NCBI GenBank assembly: GCA_026770705.1
Contig: JANJGN010000052.1
Location: forward strand, 1,550,001 to 1,614,000
Direction of reading: 5' to 3'
DNA length: 64,000 nt
Origin: Isurus oxyrinchus
Taxonomy: Eukaryota
This document shows, piece after piece, positions 23,636 to 37,900 of the stretch. A program made the position numbers and the translations under genes. The first letter of the stretch is position 1; each line of letters opens with the position of its first letter. Under the pieces are notes generated by a model, which was given only the letters and a program-made list of their open reading frames with translations, ran no database searches and was not told the origin of the DNA.

Positions 23636-24889
23636 TATCAATCAATTAAATTTATTGATTAATCGAATTGAAATTCCTCCAGCTGCCGTGGTGGGATTTG
23701 AACCCGTGCCTTCAAAGCATTCACCTGGGCCTCTGGATCACTGGCCTAGTGCCATTCCCATTGTGCGACTGTCTGCTATCATCATGGCTCTTTCACATCG
23801 ATGTGGAAGTCCTGATAACAGAAGCATTGGACGAGGTACAGAAAGGTGACAGATCAGGAGCTCCATTGCTCAATATGAACGGATAATAAAGATAAATGAA
23901 CATAAACCTTCCAGTCGCTAATTAGGGAGTCACTGTGGAGCCCATGAGTCCCTCGCAGCGCTATTGCAACCTTCTGGATCCCCAGTAGGGGACTCGGGGT
24001 GCAGCTGTGTCTTCCTCATCATTTGGAAAAGCCGGAATTGTTCGGGTGCCCCTTCAAACAGGCCGAAGATGCAGTGGGTGATGTCTCCCACAGGCCCTGG
24101 GAGACCTCCCCTGCCAATTTGTTTTGTAGCTTATTCTTCAACTGCGACATTGGATCAGCTTGAAAAAGGGTGGGGCTGAGGCAATACCACCAGGTAAGCG
24201 TCTATCCCCTCACACGTCACTCCCCCCCACCCCCGTAACCATCACAGTCCCTCCCATCGTGCTGGAGGAGCATAATGTGCACATTCCCCTCCTTCCAATC
24301 AGTCTCCTCCCTTCCTCTCTAATCCTTGATCTTATTGTGTTCGGGGTTGACATCCCAGTCCTCCTCCCTAGACTGTCTGATGTTGACATCCCAATGCCCC
24401 ATGTAGACCTGACCTCTCTCCAACTAGAGGCCCATTGTACTGTGACTTACAGAGACCACCGGCCCCCCTCGATTCCCACCCCCACCCCTACCCTCTATAT
24501 TACCTGCTCCCCACTGATAGGCTGCAGATGCCTCCCCTGACTGGGATTGTGCCACCTGCGGCCTAGTATCAAGCCACCCACCCCCAGGACCGACGTGTGT
24601 GAGGGACTGACCACGTCACTCACACCATGCTGGGCACCACCAACCCAGGACTGCCAGGCTGTCCCCACCACACTGGACTGGGACTAGAATAGGCATGCCA
24701 AGCACAGCTCTCTAAATCGTGGCGCAGACCCACAGCACTCGCAATGTTTTGTGGCCCGAATCCTTGCTGAGGAACTGCCCAGCACTAAAATCAAAACAAC
24801 TGCAGATGCTGGAAATCCAAAACAGAAACAGAAACAGAAATACCTGGAAAAACTCAGCAGGTCTGGCAGCATCGGCGGAGAAGAACTGA

Positions 24890-25203
24890 GGTAGTGCGGC
24901 ACTGTCGGAGGTTCAGTACTGAGGGAGTGCTGCACTGTCGGAGGGTTTGAACTGAGGGAGTGCTGCACTGTCGGAGGGTCTGAACTGAAGGAGTGCTGCA
25001 CTGTCGGAGGGTCTGAACTGAGAGAGTGCTGCACTGTCGGAGGTTCTGAACTGAGGGAGTGCTGCACTGTCGGAGGGTTTGAACTGAGGGAGTGCTGCAC
25101 AGTCGGAGGGTCTGAACTGAGGGAGTGCTGCACTGTCGGAGGGTTTGAACTGAGGGAGTGCTGCATTGTCGGAGGGTCTGATCTGAGGGAGTGCTGCACT
25201 GTC
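24890..25203. repeat. 33-bp SINE-derived minisatellite at the boundary of unit A
   Basis: About 9 copies of ctgagggagtgctgcactgtcggagggtctgaa. Confidence 0.9.
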
Positions 25204-25934
25204 TAAAGAACATTGTACAAATTGCACAAAATTTCATCTGATGCCTGTGTCTCATGCTAACATGAAGTTCATGCACACAACAGGAATATTTCTCGCTGTT
25301 TCTCTGCAGCAAGACAGCTTTGGTATCACACCACCCACTGGCAAGAGTGTGCAGTTACAATGTGACATGTTTACATTGGAAATTTCTATTATAAAGATGG
25401 ACAGAGGAATTCATCTGATTGGAAAACGTGACAACAGGAAGCTATGTCTTTGAGCCAAGTATTTTGCAGCAAAACAAGAATTTTAATCTTTAAATATCTA
25501 CAGAACAGGCTGAGCATTTTAATCACTTGAGTTAATCAAAGTAATTTTATTCATAAGCCAAATGCTTCTTACAATCTATCGCAGCATGAAAAAGGTGCAG
25601 CATTCAGAAAGCACAGTCCAATCAGAGAACAGAGTTTAGCAACGTCACATTTCTGTTCATTCCTATTCGATGAACAATTTCAAAAGGAAATTGGACGGAA
25701 ATTGGAAATAAATTTGCAGGGATACGGGGATAGAGCAGGGGATGGGACTGAGTGGATTGCTTTACAGAGAGACAGCATAGACTCAATGGGCCAAATGTCC
25801 TCCTCCATTGCTGGAATGACTCGATGATACGGAGATGATTATAACCAGGACACTGACCAGTTTCATTACAAATTAACACAACATCACACGTTATTTGTCC
25901 GCACTGACTGACCAGATTGTTGCTGTACAAAGCT

Positions 25935-26074
25935 TCAAACAGTCTGTCGACTTCCTTTCACTGTTTGTCTCTCCCAGACACAGACTCCAGTGATAGTGAT
26001 AACCACAGCCACAAGGAATATCACAGCTCGTATTCCCAGGATCAGGATCACGTGCAGAATCTCTCCTCCACTGT
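25935..26074 (-). CDS. Siglec-like gene A, TM/tail exon: DSGGEILHVILILGIRAVIFLVAVVITITGVCVWERQTVKGSRQTV*
   Basis: Acceptor ttctctag|, phase 1 matching the C2 donor; hydrophobic helix containing Arg; TGA at 25935-25937. Confidence 0.88.
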
Positions 26075-27669
26075 CTAGAGAACACACAGAAAGAAATCGT
26101 CACTGACTCTCCGCTTTCAATCTCTCACTCTGGCTGAACAATCAAACTTCATATCACTGCAACATTTGCTGTAATATTAACCCATCCACTGGGATTCAAT
26201 GTGGAATGAATGTTTTCATTGTAAACACTCTAAGAGTGGACAATCGGAACTTTCCCCTTAGCGTGGAACATTGGTGAGAATGGATCATTGTGCTGTTGGA
26301 CTCCCTGTCCAATGTTTCTCTCTATTGCTGTGTACAGGATTGTGCTGTAGAAAATTCTGGAAACGTTTAGTGCCGGGTGAAAATCCATCTCGGACGTGTG
26401 TGCGAATCGGGCAGGATCGAGATGGACTCCCCCACGGACTTACACCCCCCGCTTAATAAACAGTTCCAATCTTTACCCAGAGAGAGGGGAGAATGTGGAA
26501 CTCGCTCCCACAGGGAATGGTTGAGGTGAATAGTAGGAAATTAGGAAGTGAAATTGCTTGAAAAGCTTGGAGATGCAAGGGTTAAGTGTGACCGTGCCAC
26601 CACTGGTGGGAGAGTGTAACTACAGCGTGACGTTTACATAGGCAATCCCCATTATGAACAAGGACATTGGACATCATGTGAAAAATGGGCACTGGAAAGC
26701 TGAGAACTTGATGTAAGCTTTTCACCAACAGGAATTCCCTTCCTAAACCTCTCCACTTTCCTCTTACTCTCAAATACTCAAACAAAATTTCACACAAAAT
26801 CACGTAAGGAGGAATTGGGACAGGTGACTGGTCAAAGAGTTAGATTTCAGGAAGGTTCTTAAAGGAGGATAGAGAGTTGGAGAGGCAGAGAGTGTCTGTG
26901 AGTAACTCTGTGCATCTGAGTGTCTGTAATAGACTTTGCAATTTCCATATTCTTCCATAAATATGAAAGGGAACACAAATCCCAGAATCCAGGTCAACTC
27001 TCCGGTGCAGCACTGAGGGAGGTCAGGTAATCCACAGGGGAGTATGTGCTAGTGTGTTTGTTTGTGAGTGTGTCTTTGTGTGTGCTCATAGATGTGAGAT
27101 TGTGTGTCTGCAGGTGTCGATATAAGGCTGTATATTTATGTGTGTTGTTGTAGTGTTTCAATCTGAGAGAGATGTTGAAGTTTGTCTTAACTAACGTTCC
27201 ACAGTGATGGTTATGAACCCCTCCACTGCTCCATGTTCATTCACTGAGCACACTGATAGTCTCCAGTGTCCCTGGATGTAACGTGAGGAATCACCAACCA
27301 CAGCTCATTGTTGGAACTTGTTCTGTTCATTTAATATTCAGATGTCAGGACCGGACTCAACAAGACAGATTGCAGGTTTACCAACAGAAAGTGAACAACA
27401 ATTTATATTCAAAGGGAAGAGAGTGCTGGTTAATCAGCAAGTGGTCACTGATTGGAGGAGGTGTTGCCATGGAAAATAATGTGTGTGAGATGTAAAGTTT
27501 AGACAGCTTGTCTCTTCATTCAGCAACAATCAAATAAAGATCAGTTATCTTCTATCGACTGTGAAGCACTTTGAGAGGCATGAGAATGTGGACACTGAGA
27601 ACGGGCTGCACTGTCAGAGGGTCAGCGCTGAGGGAGTGCTGATGTAGAATGAAGGGTGTCCGTACTTAC

Positions 27670-27966
27670 CTTGCACAGTTAGTACGAGGGTCCGCTCCGA
27701 TGAAACAGATGGATATCTCACTCTGCAGCTGAGAGTGTGTCTGTGGTGTTTGAGTGATGGAATCAGGGTCAGAACAGAAGTATAGGTCAGAGTGACATCA
27801 TGCTGAGTTACAGTGTTTGAGACTGATCCAGGTACGTCAGTGGGAGTGTCCCAGGTTAAGACAGGTGCTGCTGTTCCATTGCACGTTGTGTTGAAGGTGC
27901 AGCTTACATCCACACGCTTTCCTGCAATAATTTCAGCAGGGAATATTGTGGATTTATCTGTGAAAT
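27670..27966 (-). CDS. Siglec-like gene A, C2-set Ig exon
   Basis: DFTDKSTIFPAEIIAGKRVDVSCTFNTTCNGTAAPVLTW...TLSCRVRYP...LTVQ; 297 nt, phase 1-1, gtaagt donor; extra Cys typical of Siglec domain 2. Confidence 0.92.
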
Positions 27967-28694
27967 CTAACAGACAGAGAATGGATCCTTTTAGAGAAAT
28001 ATAACGTGAAGCATCAGTTCAAATAGAAATCACAGTCCCACAAGAAAAAGCACTTTTACAAGGATGATATCAGATCTAACAGATTACAATGATCAGGAGA
28101 GAATTTCCTGCTTTGAGACTTTGGTATTTCTGTCTCTCAGCTTAATACACGTTCACTCCGAGACACTTGAACTGATAATAGTGGGTGAGGGTGAAGGAGC
28201 AGACCAGAGTTTGGAGTGCACTACCCCATCATTCACTCAGCAATCTGGGCCATTTATTACTTTGCAATTTGTGGGAGCTTGCTGTGCACAAATTGGCTGC
28301 TGTGTTTCTCACATTACAACAGTAACTACAATTCAGGAATCAGCTCATTGGCTGTGAAGTGATTTCGTCCGTGGTGAGGTGGTGAAAGGTGCTACAGAAA
28401 TGTGAATCTTTCTTCTGTCGATATGTCAGACTTCAAGACAGGATTAGAGAGATCGATGGGAGTGGATAACCTGATAACATTGATGGACACAGTCAATACA
28501 TTTAATCATTGTCATTAAAGTGAGTATTAGAGGTTGCTTTAGGACTGAACTGGAAGCTATCAACAGGTTATTGAGAATCAGACAGTGTGTTATAATAAGC
28601 TGTGTTTTGTGTTAATATGTAAACGTCACAGATTGTGTTATTTCCCATTGAGTGTTGGATGTGAATTGATGAGTAATTATAACACAGCACTTAC

Positions 28695-29063
28695 CAGAAA
28701 CGTGAAGCTGGGTTACAGGGTAATAGTTATGGCTCAGACCATTGTCAAATTCTATTCTGAAAAAATAAGGTCCTGCATCTTCCCGTCTGATGTTGTTTAT
28801 AATCAGGGAACAGTCGCCATGTTTCAGGTCTCCAGACAGCCGGGTCCGATTGTGGAAACGTGGTAACTCATGACTGTGATCCTTGGAGTGAAAGGCAATG
28901 GGAGCCCAGGGAATCTGTTCCTCATTATTAAACCAGACTCCACCTCGCGGTTGGTTTTCCAGACACGATGGATAACTGTAATGACATGGAATCTGTACAC
29001 ACGAACCTTCCTGCGCTGTCACCTCTCATGGAGTGTCACCTTTCCACTCTTGTGACAGTCCAA
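28695..29063 (-). pseudogene. Siglec V-set pseudo-exon V2A (in-frame TGA at 29026-29028)
   Basis: Intact splice sites; VGLSQEWKGDTP*EVTAQEGSCVQIPC...YFFRIEF; CGA in V2B. Confidence 0.88.
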
Positions 29064-29164
29064 CTGGGGAGAGAAATATCAATATTTAACTCTGAATGTT
29101 TTCTCAATCCACTAGACTCAATATCCACCCCCTCCATCACTGGATGGTTTGTGGATCCACTAGA

Positions 29165-29950
29165 CTCAAAATTTACAGATGAGGCTGAATTGGGGGGATG
29201 GTCAATACTGAGGAGAATGGCAACAAATTATATTGGCAGGAAGAATAGAAAAACAGAATATTATTTAAATGGAGACAGGCTGCAGAATGCAGTACAGAGG
29301 GATCTGGGTGTCCTTGTACATGAATCACAGAAAGTCAGCATTCAGGAACACCACGGAATGAGGAAGGCAAGTGGAATGTTGGCCTTTATTGCAAAGGGAT
29401 GGAGTATAAAAGGAGGGAAGTCTTGCAACAGCTGCACAGGGTGAGATTCTATCAGGAGCAGTGTGTACAAGCAGTTCAGAGAAGCTTCACTGGGCTGATT
29501 CCTGGGATTAAAGGGTTTGTCCTGTGAGGAAATGTTGAGCAGGTTGGGCCTGTATCCATTGGAGTTTAGAAGAATGAGGGGTGACCTTATTGAAACATAT
29601 CCGATTCCGAGGGGGCTTGACAGGGTGGATGCTGGGAGGATGTTTCCCCCTCGTGGGGGAATCTAGAACCAGGGAGCACAGTTTCGAAATGAGGGCTCTC
29701 CCATTTAAGACTGAGATGAGGAGGAATTTCCTCTCTCAGAGGGGCGCTAGCCTGTGGAATTCTCTTCCTCAGAGAGCAGTGGAGGCTGGGCCATTGAATA
29801 GACTCAAGGCTGAGTGAGGCAGGTTTTTGATCGACAAGGGAGTCAAGGGTTTGGGGGACAGGCAGGAAAATGGAGTTAAGGCCACAACCAGATCAGTGAG
29901 AGCAGGCTGGAGGGGCTGAATGACCTGCTCCTGTCCCTATTTCTTATGTT
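29165..29950 (+). mobile_element. CR1/HER1-like LINE fragment (copy at ~45915-46700)
   Basis: QRDLGVLVHESQK...FKTEMRRNFLSQRGASLWNSLP. Confidence 0.85.
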
Positions 29951-31339
29951 CCTACATTCTTACCTTCTTAAAATATTAAAGCTGCAGAATAAACATGCAA
30001 GTGACTGACCCGCTCGACCCACCTTCCATCTGGGGGTCCCATGGGGAGGACCCTTCCTGAGCCAGATCCACCAGCCAACATGGTCTGGATCCGAGCACAG
30101 GAGACACGGGGGGGAGTGACTAACAGGCTCCTTGTGACAGGCCCCGTCTGTCCAATGGCTGGCTTTCAGCTGCCAAGGCCAGAGTGGTCCTTGCTAAAAC
30201 CGGCTCAGGACAGGCCAGGACCCCTGTGCAGACCCCCTCCAGCGCTGCAGCCTCTGTACAAACCCCTCATGCGCTTGTGGGGAGACACAAACAAGGCTGC
30301 ACATTACCGAGGAGAATCCCCTCTACGGACTAAGGGGCTGACTCATCACCCTAAACTCAGCAAATGAGGAGGCTCTCGCTCGGTATCGGGGCTTGGCATT
30401 CGCTCAATAAAAATAATCAAATGACATTTTGGTCAGAAATCTAAGGAGGTTGTACATTCCCTCTAAAATAAGACTCGAGCTGGGGTCGAGGGTCAAAGGG
30501 CAACAAGTTATATTTACACAACAAATTTTACATGACAAATCACCCCAAGGTGCTACACAGGAGCGTCATAAAACAAAGTATGTCACCCAGACACATGTGG
30601 AGATATTAGCGACAGCTGACCAGAAGAGGTCGGTGTTATGGAGAATCTTCAAAGAGGGATGAAATGGATAGTGAGAGAGAGAGAGATAGAGATAGAGAGA
30701 GAGAGAGACAGAGAGAGTGAGAGAGAGGGACGGAGAGGGGTTGAGGGAGGGTATTACAGAGCTCGGGCCCCAGGCAGCTGAAGGCACGACCGCCGATGTT
30801 GTAGTGATGGGATCGGAGGATGGTCAAGAGGCTGGAATTGGATGAGCACAGAGACCTAAGAGGGTTGGAGGGGCTGGAGGAGGTTACAGAGAGAAGGAAG
30901 GTTGTAGTGACTGGGCAGGTTACAGAGGTAGGGAACGTCGTCGGGACTGGAGCAGGCTACAGTGATAGGGAAGCTTTTAGGGGCAGGAGGAAGTTACAGA
31001 AATAGGGAGGGTTGTAGGGGCTGGAAAAGTTAAGAGAGATTGGGAGAGTGTTGAGTCTGGAGGAGTTTGCAGAGGTCGGGAGGGTTGTAGTGACTGGGGC
31101 AGGTTACAGAGATAGGGAAGCTTTTAGGGGCAGGAGGAAGTTACAGAGATAGGGAGGTTTGTTGTGGCTGGAGGAGGTTGCAGAGATTGGTAGGTTTGTT
31201 GGGCAGGATCAATTTGCAGATATAGGGAAGCGGTAGATACTTCAAGAGGTTACAGGGAATGGGATGGTTGCAGGTACTGGAGGAGGACGAGGAGATTACA
31301 GGGATAGTGAGGAAACAAATATGTAAATTTGGACATTGA

Positions 31340-32270
31340 GACTTTGCTTGACCAGGAGCCAGTCTCGGTCATCGAGCAGAGCGGGTGATAAGGGAACAGG
31401 ACCTGGTGTGAGTAAGGACGTGGTCAGCAGTTTTGAATGGCCTCAAGTTTATGGAGTGTAGAGCGTGTGTTGGAACAGTCGAGACTGGAGGTAATGAAGG
31501 CGTGGATGAGGGTTTCAGCAGCAGATGAGCTGAGACAGGGTGATGTCGTGCGATGTTACGGAGGTGGAAATAGACGGTGTTAGTGAGGGCGCAGATATGA
31601 GGCCGGAAGCTCATCTCAGGATCAAATGGGACAACAAAGCTGTGAACAGATTGGCTTCAATCTCAGAGAGCTGCCAGGGAGAGGAATGGAGTTGGTAGCG
31701 AGGGAACAGAGTTTGGAGCGGGGAATGAAGACAATGGCTTCAGTCTTTCCAATATTTAATTGGAGGGAATTTCTGCCCATCCAGTACTGGATGTCGGATA
31801 AGCAGCCTGATAATTTAGCAGCAGTGGAGGAGTCGAGAGAGGTGGTGGTGAGGTAGAGCTGGGCATCCTCAGTGGACAGGTGAAAACTAACACCGTTCAG
31901 ATGATGCTGCAAAGCCATTGCAAGTGATTCTCTGGCTACGATGAGATGGATAAGAATGGAGCCAGGGGAGAGCAGTCCCACCCAGCTGGACGACAGTGGA
32001 GAGATGTTGGAGGAGGATGGTGTGGTCGAGCGTGTCAAAGGCTGCAGACAGATCGAGAAGGACGAGGAGGGAAAGTTGACCTTTGTCACAGTCACACAGG
32101 ATGCCATTTGTGACCTTGATAAGAGCTGTTTCAGCACAGTGGCTGGGGTGGGAACCTGATTGGAGGGATTCAAACATGGAGTTCCGGGAAAGATGGGAAC
32201 AGATTCGGGAGATGGAAACAGGTTGCAGGACTTTGGAGGGGAAAGAGAGGCTGGAGATGGGACGGGGGTT
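31340..32270 (-). mobile_element. L2-clade LINE RT fragment (copy at ~47945-48875)
   Basis: FESLQSGSHPSHCAETALIKVTN...LLDLSAAFDTLDH; LQLNIGKTEAIVF. Confidence 0.85.
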
Positions 32271-32541
32271 TACACGGACAGTGTGAGGGGTGGAAGGTGT
32301 AGTGGGGAGGAGATACTTCACTCAGGGGGGAGGTGTCATCACCCCTCAGCTCGGTTTATGTTACAGCTATGATGTGGATTCAATCACACACAATAAGCTC
32401 ATGGATCTGGGAGCAGAAATAGACAAATCATTAAAAATAGTGACGCTGGTTAACATGGCCAAAAAACAAGCAAATCAAACACTATTATTTCCCATTGAGT
32501 GTTGGATGTGAATTGTTGAGTAATTATAACACAGCACTTAC

Positions 32542-32916
32542 CAGAAACGTGAAGCTGGGTTTCAGGACGGTTGTTGTATCTATTCCTGTTGTCAAATTCT
32601 AGGCTGAATAAATAATATCCTGCATCTTCCCGTCTGATGTTGTTTATAATCAGGGAACAGTCGCCATCTTTCAGGTCTCCAGACAGCCGGGTCCGATGGT
32701 GGAACTGTGGTAACTCGCGATTATGATCCTTGGAGTGAAAGGCTATAGACCGTTCATTCCATTTTTCCCAATTCCTTCTCATATACCAGATTCCGACTGG
32801 TGATCTCGCTACTAAATATGATGGATAACTGTAATTACATGGAATCTGTACACACGAACCTTCGTGCGCTGTCACCTCTCCTGGAGTGTCACCTTTCCAC
32901 ACTTGTGATAGTCCAA
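32542..32916 (-). CDS. Siglec-like gene A, V-set exon V1A (open; F-strand Arg replaced by Ser)
   Basis: 375 nt, phase 1-1; EGSCVQIPCNYSYP...GDLKDGDCSLIINNIRREDAGYYLFSLEF; Siglec Cys pattern with no canonical F-strand Cys. Confidence 0.92.
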
Positions 32917-33319
32917 CTAGGGAGAGAAATATCAATATTTAACTCTGAATGTTTTCTCAATCCACTAGACTCAATATCCACCCCCTCCATCACTGGGGCA
33001 CACAGGCTACAGTCTGGATAATCCACAGGTCACACAATGAATGCCCCAAGGTTTCACAACAGATTGAAGAGAATTCCGGACACAGGAGTGGACAAGTTCA
33101 TTCTAAATTGGCTCATGACCCTCAGGTACCTATTTAGTGAAGTCAGTCTGCCACCCAACACAGTGTCTACAAGACACACTAATTGAAGTGAGTTCACTGC
33201 TGATTTACAACGTAGGACAATGGATTAGGAGCCTTCAGAATTCCCCCATTATCACCATCATGAATCATGAATTGGCCTAGCTGTCCTAGATCCTCAGTGT
33301 CTAAGGCAGTGGTTCCTAT

Positions 33320-36300
33320 TGTGATGTAAGTATAATAATTTTCATAATATTTTATAGTATATTGTGAAGTAGGTTTATGGGGGTACGCATGATGGGTCTG
33401 CATGTGATTTAAGTACATTTGGAGTTAATTAGATTGGAAGTTTAAAATGATCAAAAGGAGCTAGGTGCTTGACATGCTATTGAGGAAACATGGATGCTGC
33501 TTAGCATGGAAGGTATGAAGAGAATTTGCATTTTTCTATCAATGAAGGGGTTGTTGGATTTCAAAGGAATCTTAGCTTGTTTACAACTAGCCAGATAAGC
33601 AAGACTAAGGAATGTGTTTATTTTTCTCAAAGGCTCCTGGCAATATGGGCACCACGAAAGAGTTTGTTATGTGGAAGATACAGTTTCAAAAACATATGGA
33701 ACAATAGAATTTTCATGTTACAAAGAGAGAAATATATATCTTTCAGGGAGAATGAAAGGCTATGTGTCAGAATGCCATGTAAGATCTAACACGAGTGTGT
33801 GATATAGTCTTAATGAAACCTCTAGCATTTGTGCACAAGCCTGCTATCCAACAGAACTGAAGTTGGGGAAAAGCCACTTGGAATTCCTCTGTGCAGGGTA
33901 TTGCTTTTATATTGTGTTAACTTGCTGAGTTGTTTTAAATATAAAGTCTATTTTTGGACCATTGCCTTAAAGGGAGTGTAACTGGGAGTCAGTTTAATTC
34001 GGAATTTTAAGAATTATTATAGTGGTAATTGTAGAGTTATGTATGTGCTTCAAATCATTTATTTTGAGAGCAAGTATTTTAATTTAATTTTTAAATCTCT
34101 AAAGGTCTTGGTGTAATTATTGCTTCTGAATTCAGTGCACACATCTCATAATAAATACAAATTGCAAAATCATTATGATCATGTGACCACCTTTCTCTCA
34201 TGGACTTGGTCTGCCTGGCACACATCACCTGCCAAGTGATAACACTGTTATAATATGCCTTTCAGGGACAGCAGCATGACATCACTCGAGGGGAAGTGTG
34301 TCATGTGATTTTAGGAATTGGGTATAGCTTAAGTAAGTTCTATGTGTATTTGTGTGTGTTAGGCATAAGGTATATGTTTAAGTTCAAGTTTAGTTTGATT
34401 TCTGTATTTGTGTGTTAAGAAAGGGGGAAACTTCAGTTTTGGTTTCATTTTCGTTTAGCAATCTAATGGGGTTTGATGTCTCTTGAAGGAAAGTCAAAAC
34501 AAATACAAGGTGTAAGAAACTGTGCTATTGCTAAGCAACAGTGATCCAGAGGGACGGACCCATAGAGACAGAGAAAAACAGAAATGTGCTTTCAGTTTGG
34601 TTGAAAGGAGTTGCCAGGAGAAGCAGCAAAGGAGCGGGACAGATAGTCAGTCCCAAAGTAAAGAAGAAGCCAAAACTATCGAGTGGAACAGGAGAAAGAG
34701 CCAAGAAGACCTTCTACTCCAAAGAAGATCAGGAATCTGAAAAAGGTCCTGTTAAGTCGAGATAAGATTGAGGAGCAGAGGAGGGATCCAAGCTAAAAGA
34801 GAAAAAGCAAAAGGACACAGACCTAAAGCAAAAAAGGCTGATTAGAAGACAGAAGATCACAGGAGACAGCTAAATGTTGATGTCTTCTTACTATGACCAT
34901 GTGAAGCCATGGTGTTCCATTGGCATGACTGAGCATTGGAAAGACAACGCGTAGAAGGAAGGCTGAATGCATGTGGCGATCCAGGGGACACGAACATGGG
35001 AAGGAGAGTTTGAAATCGTGGAAGTGGACCCTTGTGGAAGGTCTCTGAGTGAAAGTGTCATGTTAGAGAAGATTCCAAAGAGAGCACTTGACGAGTAGAG
35101 ATTGGAAACTCTCATGTGAAAGATACAGTTTTGGAAGACCAGTTGCCTCATGGTGTAACAAGTGTCTGGAGTCAGTTGAGCTGAAACCCATAGCATTTGT
35201 TCCAATTGGGGTCTATCACTTGGTTACAGAATGTGGTGTCCCTGACACCAGGTCGTCTATTGGTTTGCATGAACTGTGTACTTAGTGTGAACATGAGAGT
35301 ATAAGATAGTTATTGTAACTTGTATTCTACTTATGAATCTGTAAATGTATAGGTCTGGGTGAAGGAGTAATGTAATATAATCAGTCTTTCCTAATTTAAT
35401 AAATGTTTTATTCTTTTGTTAGAAGGTCATCAGATGATTCCTGTGACTCTCTTCAGTAGCCGCACTCCACATTCCTAAATAAAAAATAAAAGTTAGGACC
35501 TATCAAGCTGAGCTCTACCCTGGGATCTGACTTGCCCAGTAGTAACATCAGCTGGGATGATAACACCATCCAGTCCAAGTTTCACTTTGGCCTGTGAGCA
35601 GAACACAGCTCACACAGTTTGGCCGCAGGTGTCTCCCAGCTTTCTATCCTTGTTCTCATGTCCCTGTTCTAAATAAATGAACCCACAATGCATTTACCCA
35701 ATTCCGTATCAGTGGCTGGTGCCTTTATATCATTATAAAAACACAACATGGTGATCAGCGGTGGCCAAACATTCTGGCAGCAAGATTCAGTACAGGTATG
35801 ATGTGGTGAACAGCCTTAGATCGAGCTACATGACATGAGACGACCCTCGACGCTTTGGTCAGACCAGAACAGAGACACAGCATCAGAGAGGGTTGAAATC
35901 GCAGTGTACTGACTGCTCAGGAAACCTTTGAAGACACAGTGACGGGAAAGATCTCAAGTAAAGAGCTGGGGAGCAGACGGATCCCTCGTGGTGAGATTAC
36001 AGCACACGGCCTGTAGGTCAGTGAGTGCGACAGTGTGTATCGCCAGGACCAGCAGCGGGTTAGCTCAGTCAGGGAAGGCGAGTGACCAGAGTGTGGGCTG
36101 GATCGATAGTGAGCGAGGGAGAGTCAAACACCCAAAAACCATTATAAAATCAGCCCAGAGAAGTTAGTGATTATAACGGGCGGCTTCGAGATTGCTGAAC
36201 AGCAAATTGAATAAAAAACAAAGACTCCTTTACTCTGTGGTGTGTTCCTGCCACAACCCGTCTCCGTGGGCGGAGCTTCGGAAAAGCGCACGAAAGGGGC

Positions 36301-37900
36301 TAAAGCGACACTCATCCCAGATCCTGTAGGAGAAGGAAGGTCAAAGGAATATTGTCAGAATGTCCACGAAATTCCCCAGTTTGAACTGGGATGTAGCTGA
36401 CCGACTATCTGAATTCAGAATGTTTAAACAGCGTACAGAGCTCTGGTTTCCTGATTCAGGTGTGACTGAACCAGACGAGCAAGCCATAAAAATTCACCTC
36501 GCGATTGGGAATGAAGGTCTACACAGGCTGAACACGTCAGGATTAACAGCAGAAGAGTGAAAGGATCCCCAATAGATATGGACGACATTGGAAGACAGGT
36601 TCAGAATCAGGTTAAACTTCATATTCATCAACTAGAGTTTATGTCATTTCATCAGCCTACACAATCCATAGACCACTTCATCAGCCGATGTAGAGAAAAG
36701 GGTACGCACTGTGATTTCAAACACAGAGCCTGCAGACACAGTTGTTGAGTTGGTGATCGCATCCACTCCCATGGAAGCCTTCCAGAAAGATCTGCTAGAT
36801 AAGACCAAAACCTACAGCATTGAAGAGCTACTCAAGGATGGACATAAATACGAAGTGATCCTCGCAGGTCAACAAAGCTTACAGGTCCTCAGTACAACAT
36901 CAATTGTTGACACACTCACTAGAACATCCAGACCTAGTGAGATGTGTGGAAGGTGTGGCCTTCTGCAAGCACCAAGGAAATGCCCAGCTTTCCACCAATC
37001 CTGCAAGGCTTGTGGCAGAAAGGGCCATTGACAGCGGCAGGGCACTAGAGCAAAGGCTGATGCCGCTACAAAGAGCTGTGCGCTGATCCAAACTAACCCT
37101 GCACAACGGGGAACCTTCAAGCAATAAGAATGACCATCCCCTATCCCATCAGGAACATAGACATGTGGTGACTGACAAACCAGGAAATGGCGATGATGTG
37201 CACGGTGAGACGAGGAGCGGTGATCGATACTCCACCTCTCACACATATCCTGACGTGGCTTGCCAATAAATTGTGGATTGAGGTCTTTATTGATCTCTCT
37301 GGGCACATCAAATAAACTGAAAATGTCCCAAGGGGTGGGATTTGCTGGCCCCACCCACTGCCAGGATTGTCCGGACCAGCCGAAAGCCAAAGGATTTATG
37401 TGTGTCCCAGTCTCAGAAACTACTCCATCACCTCAGTTCATGACATAACATTGAAATATGCAGAAAGTTTCAACAATATTGGCAATTTCAAGGGAGCTGG
37501 AACATCACACCTGCAGGAGAATGCAAGTCTGTCAGACTCCTTGCATTAAAATAATTGCAATCCAACTTTGCCATTCTATCTTCTGCCAATAATTTCTCTG
37601 CCTTCCACGTTCATTTGCTCTCTCTTCTAATTTTGGCTGTGCATCTCCCTTTGGTCAACCTCTTCTTGGGATCCCATCCCCTGCCATGTTAGTTTAAAGC
37701 CTCCCCAGTTGCATCAAGGGTAAAATGCCAATTGAAACAAGGGGCAACATCAAAGAATGACAATCCCACAGATCAATGTGAGCAATTAAAGACACCTCCA
37801 GACAAGGTTCCCACCACAAGACCTGGGCGTAACAGCAAATTACCTCTATGCTTTAGAGACTTAAATATTCAACAGATCTATACATTTATGTAATTGTCAA
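33320..37900 (+). mobile_element. Decayed LTR/Gypsy retroelement complex in the leader-V1 intron of unit A
   Basis: TG...CA LTR-like blocks ending gataaca (~34245, ~35565); gag MSTKFPSLNWD...; CKACGRKGH knuckle; internally deleted relative to the unit B copy. Boundaries approximate. Confidence 0.75.

Noticed and set aside
25891-26103. Cys-rich ORF-track translation (CDIPCGCGYH...)
   Set aside because: Wrong frame; the phase-1 splice from C2 gives the TM helix.
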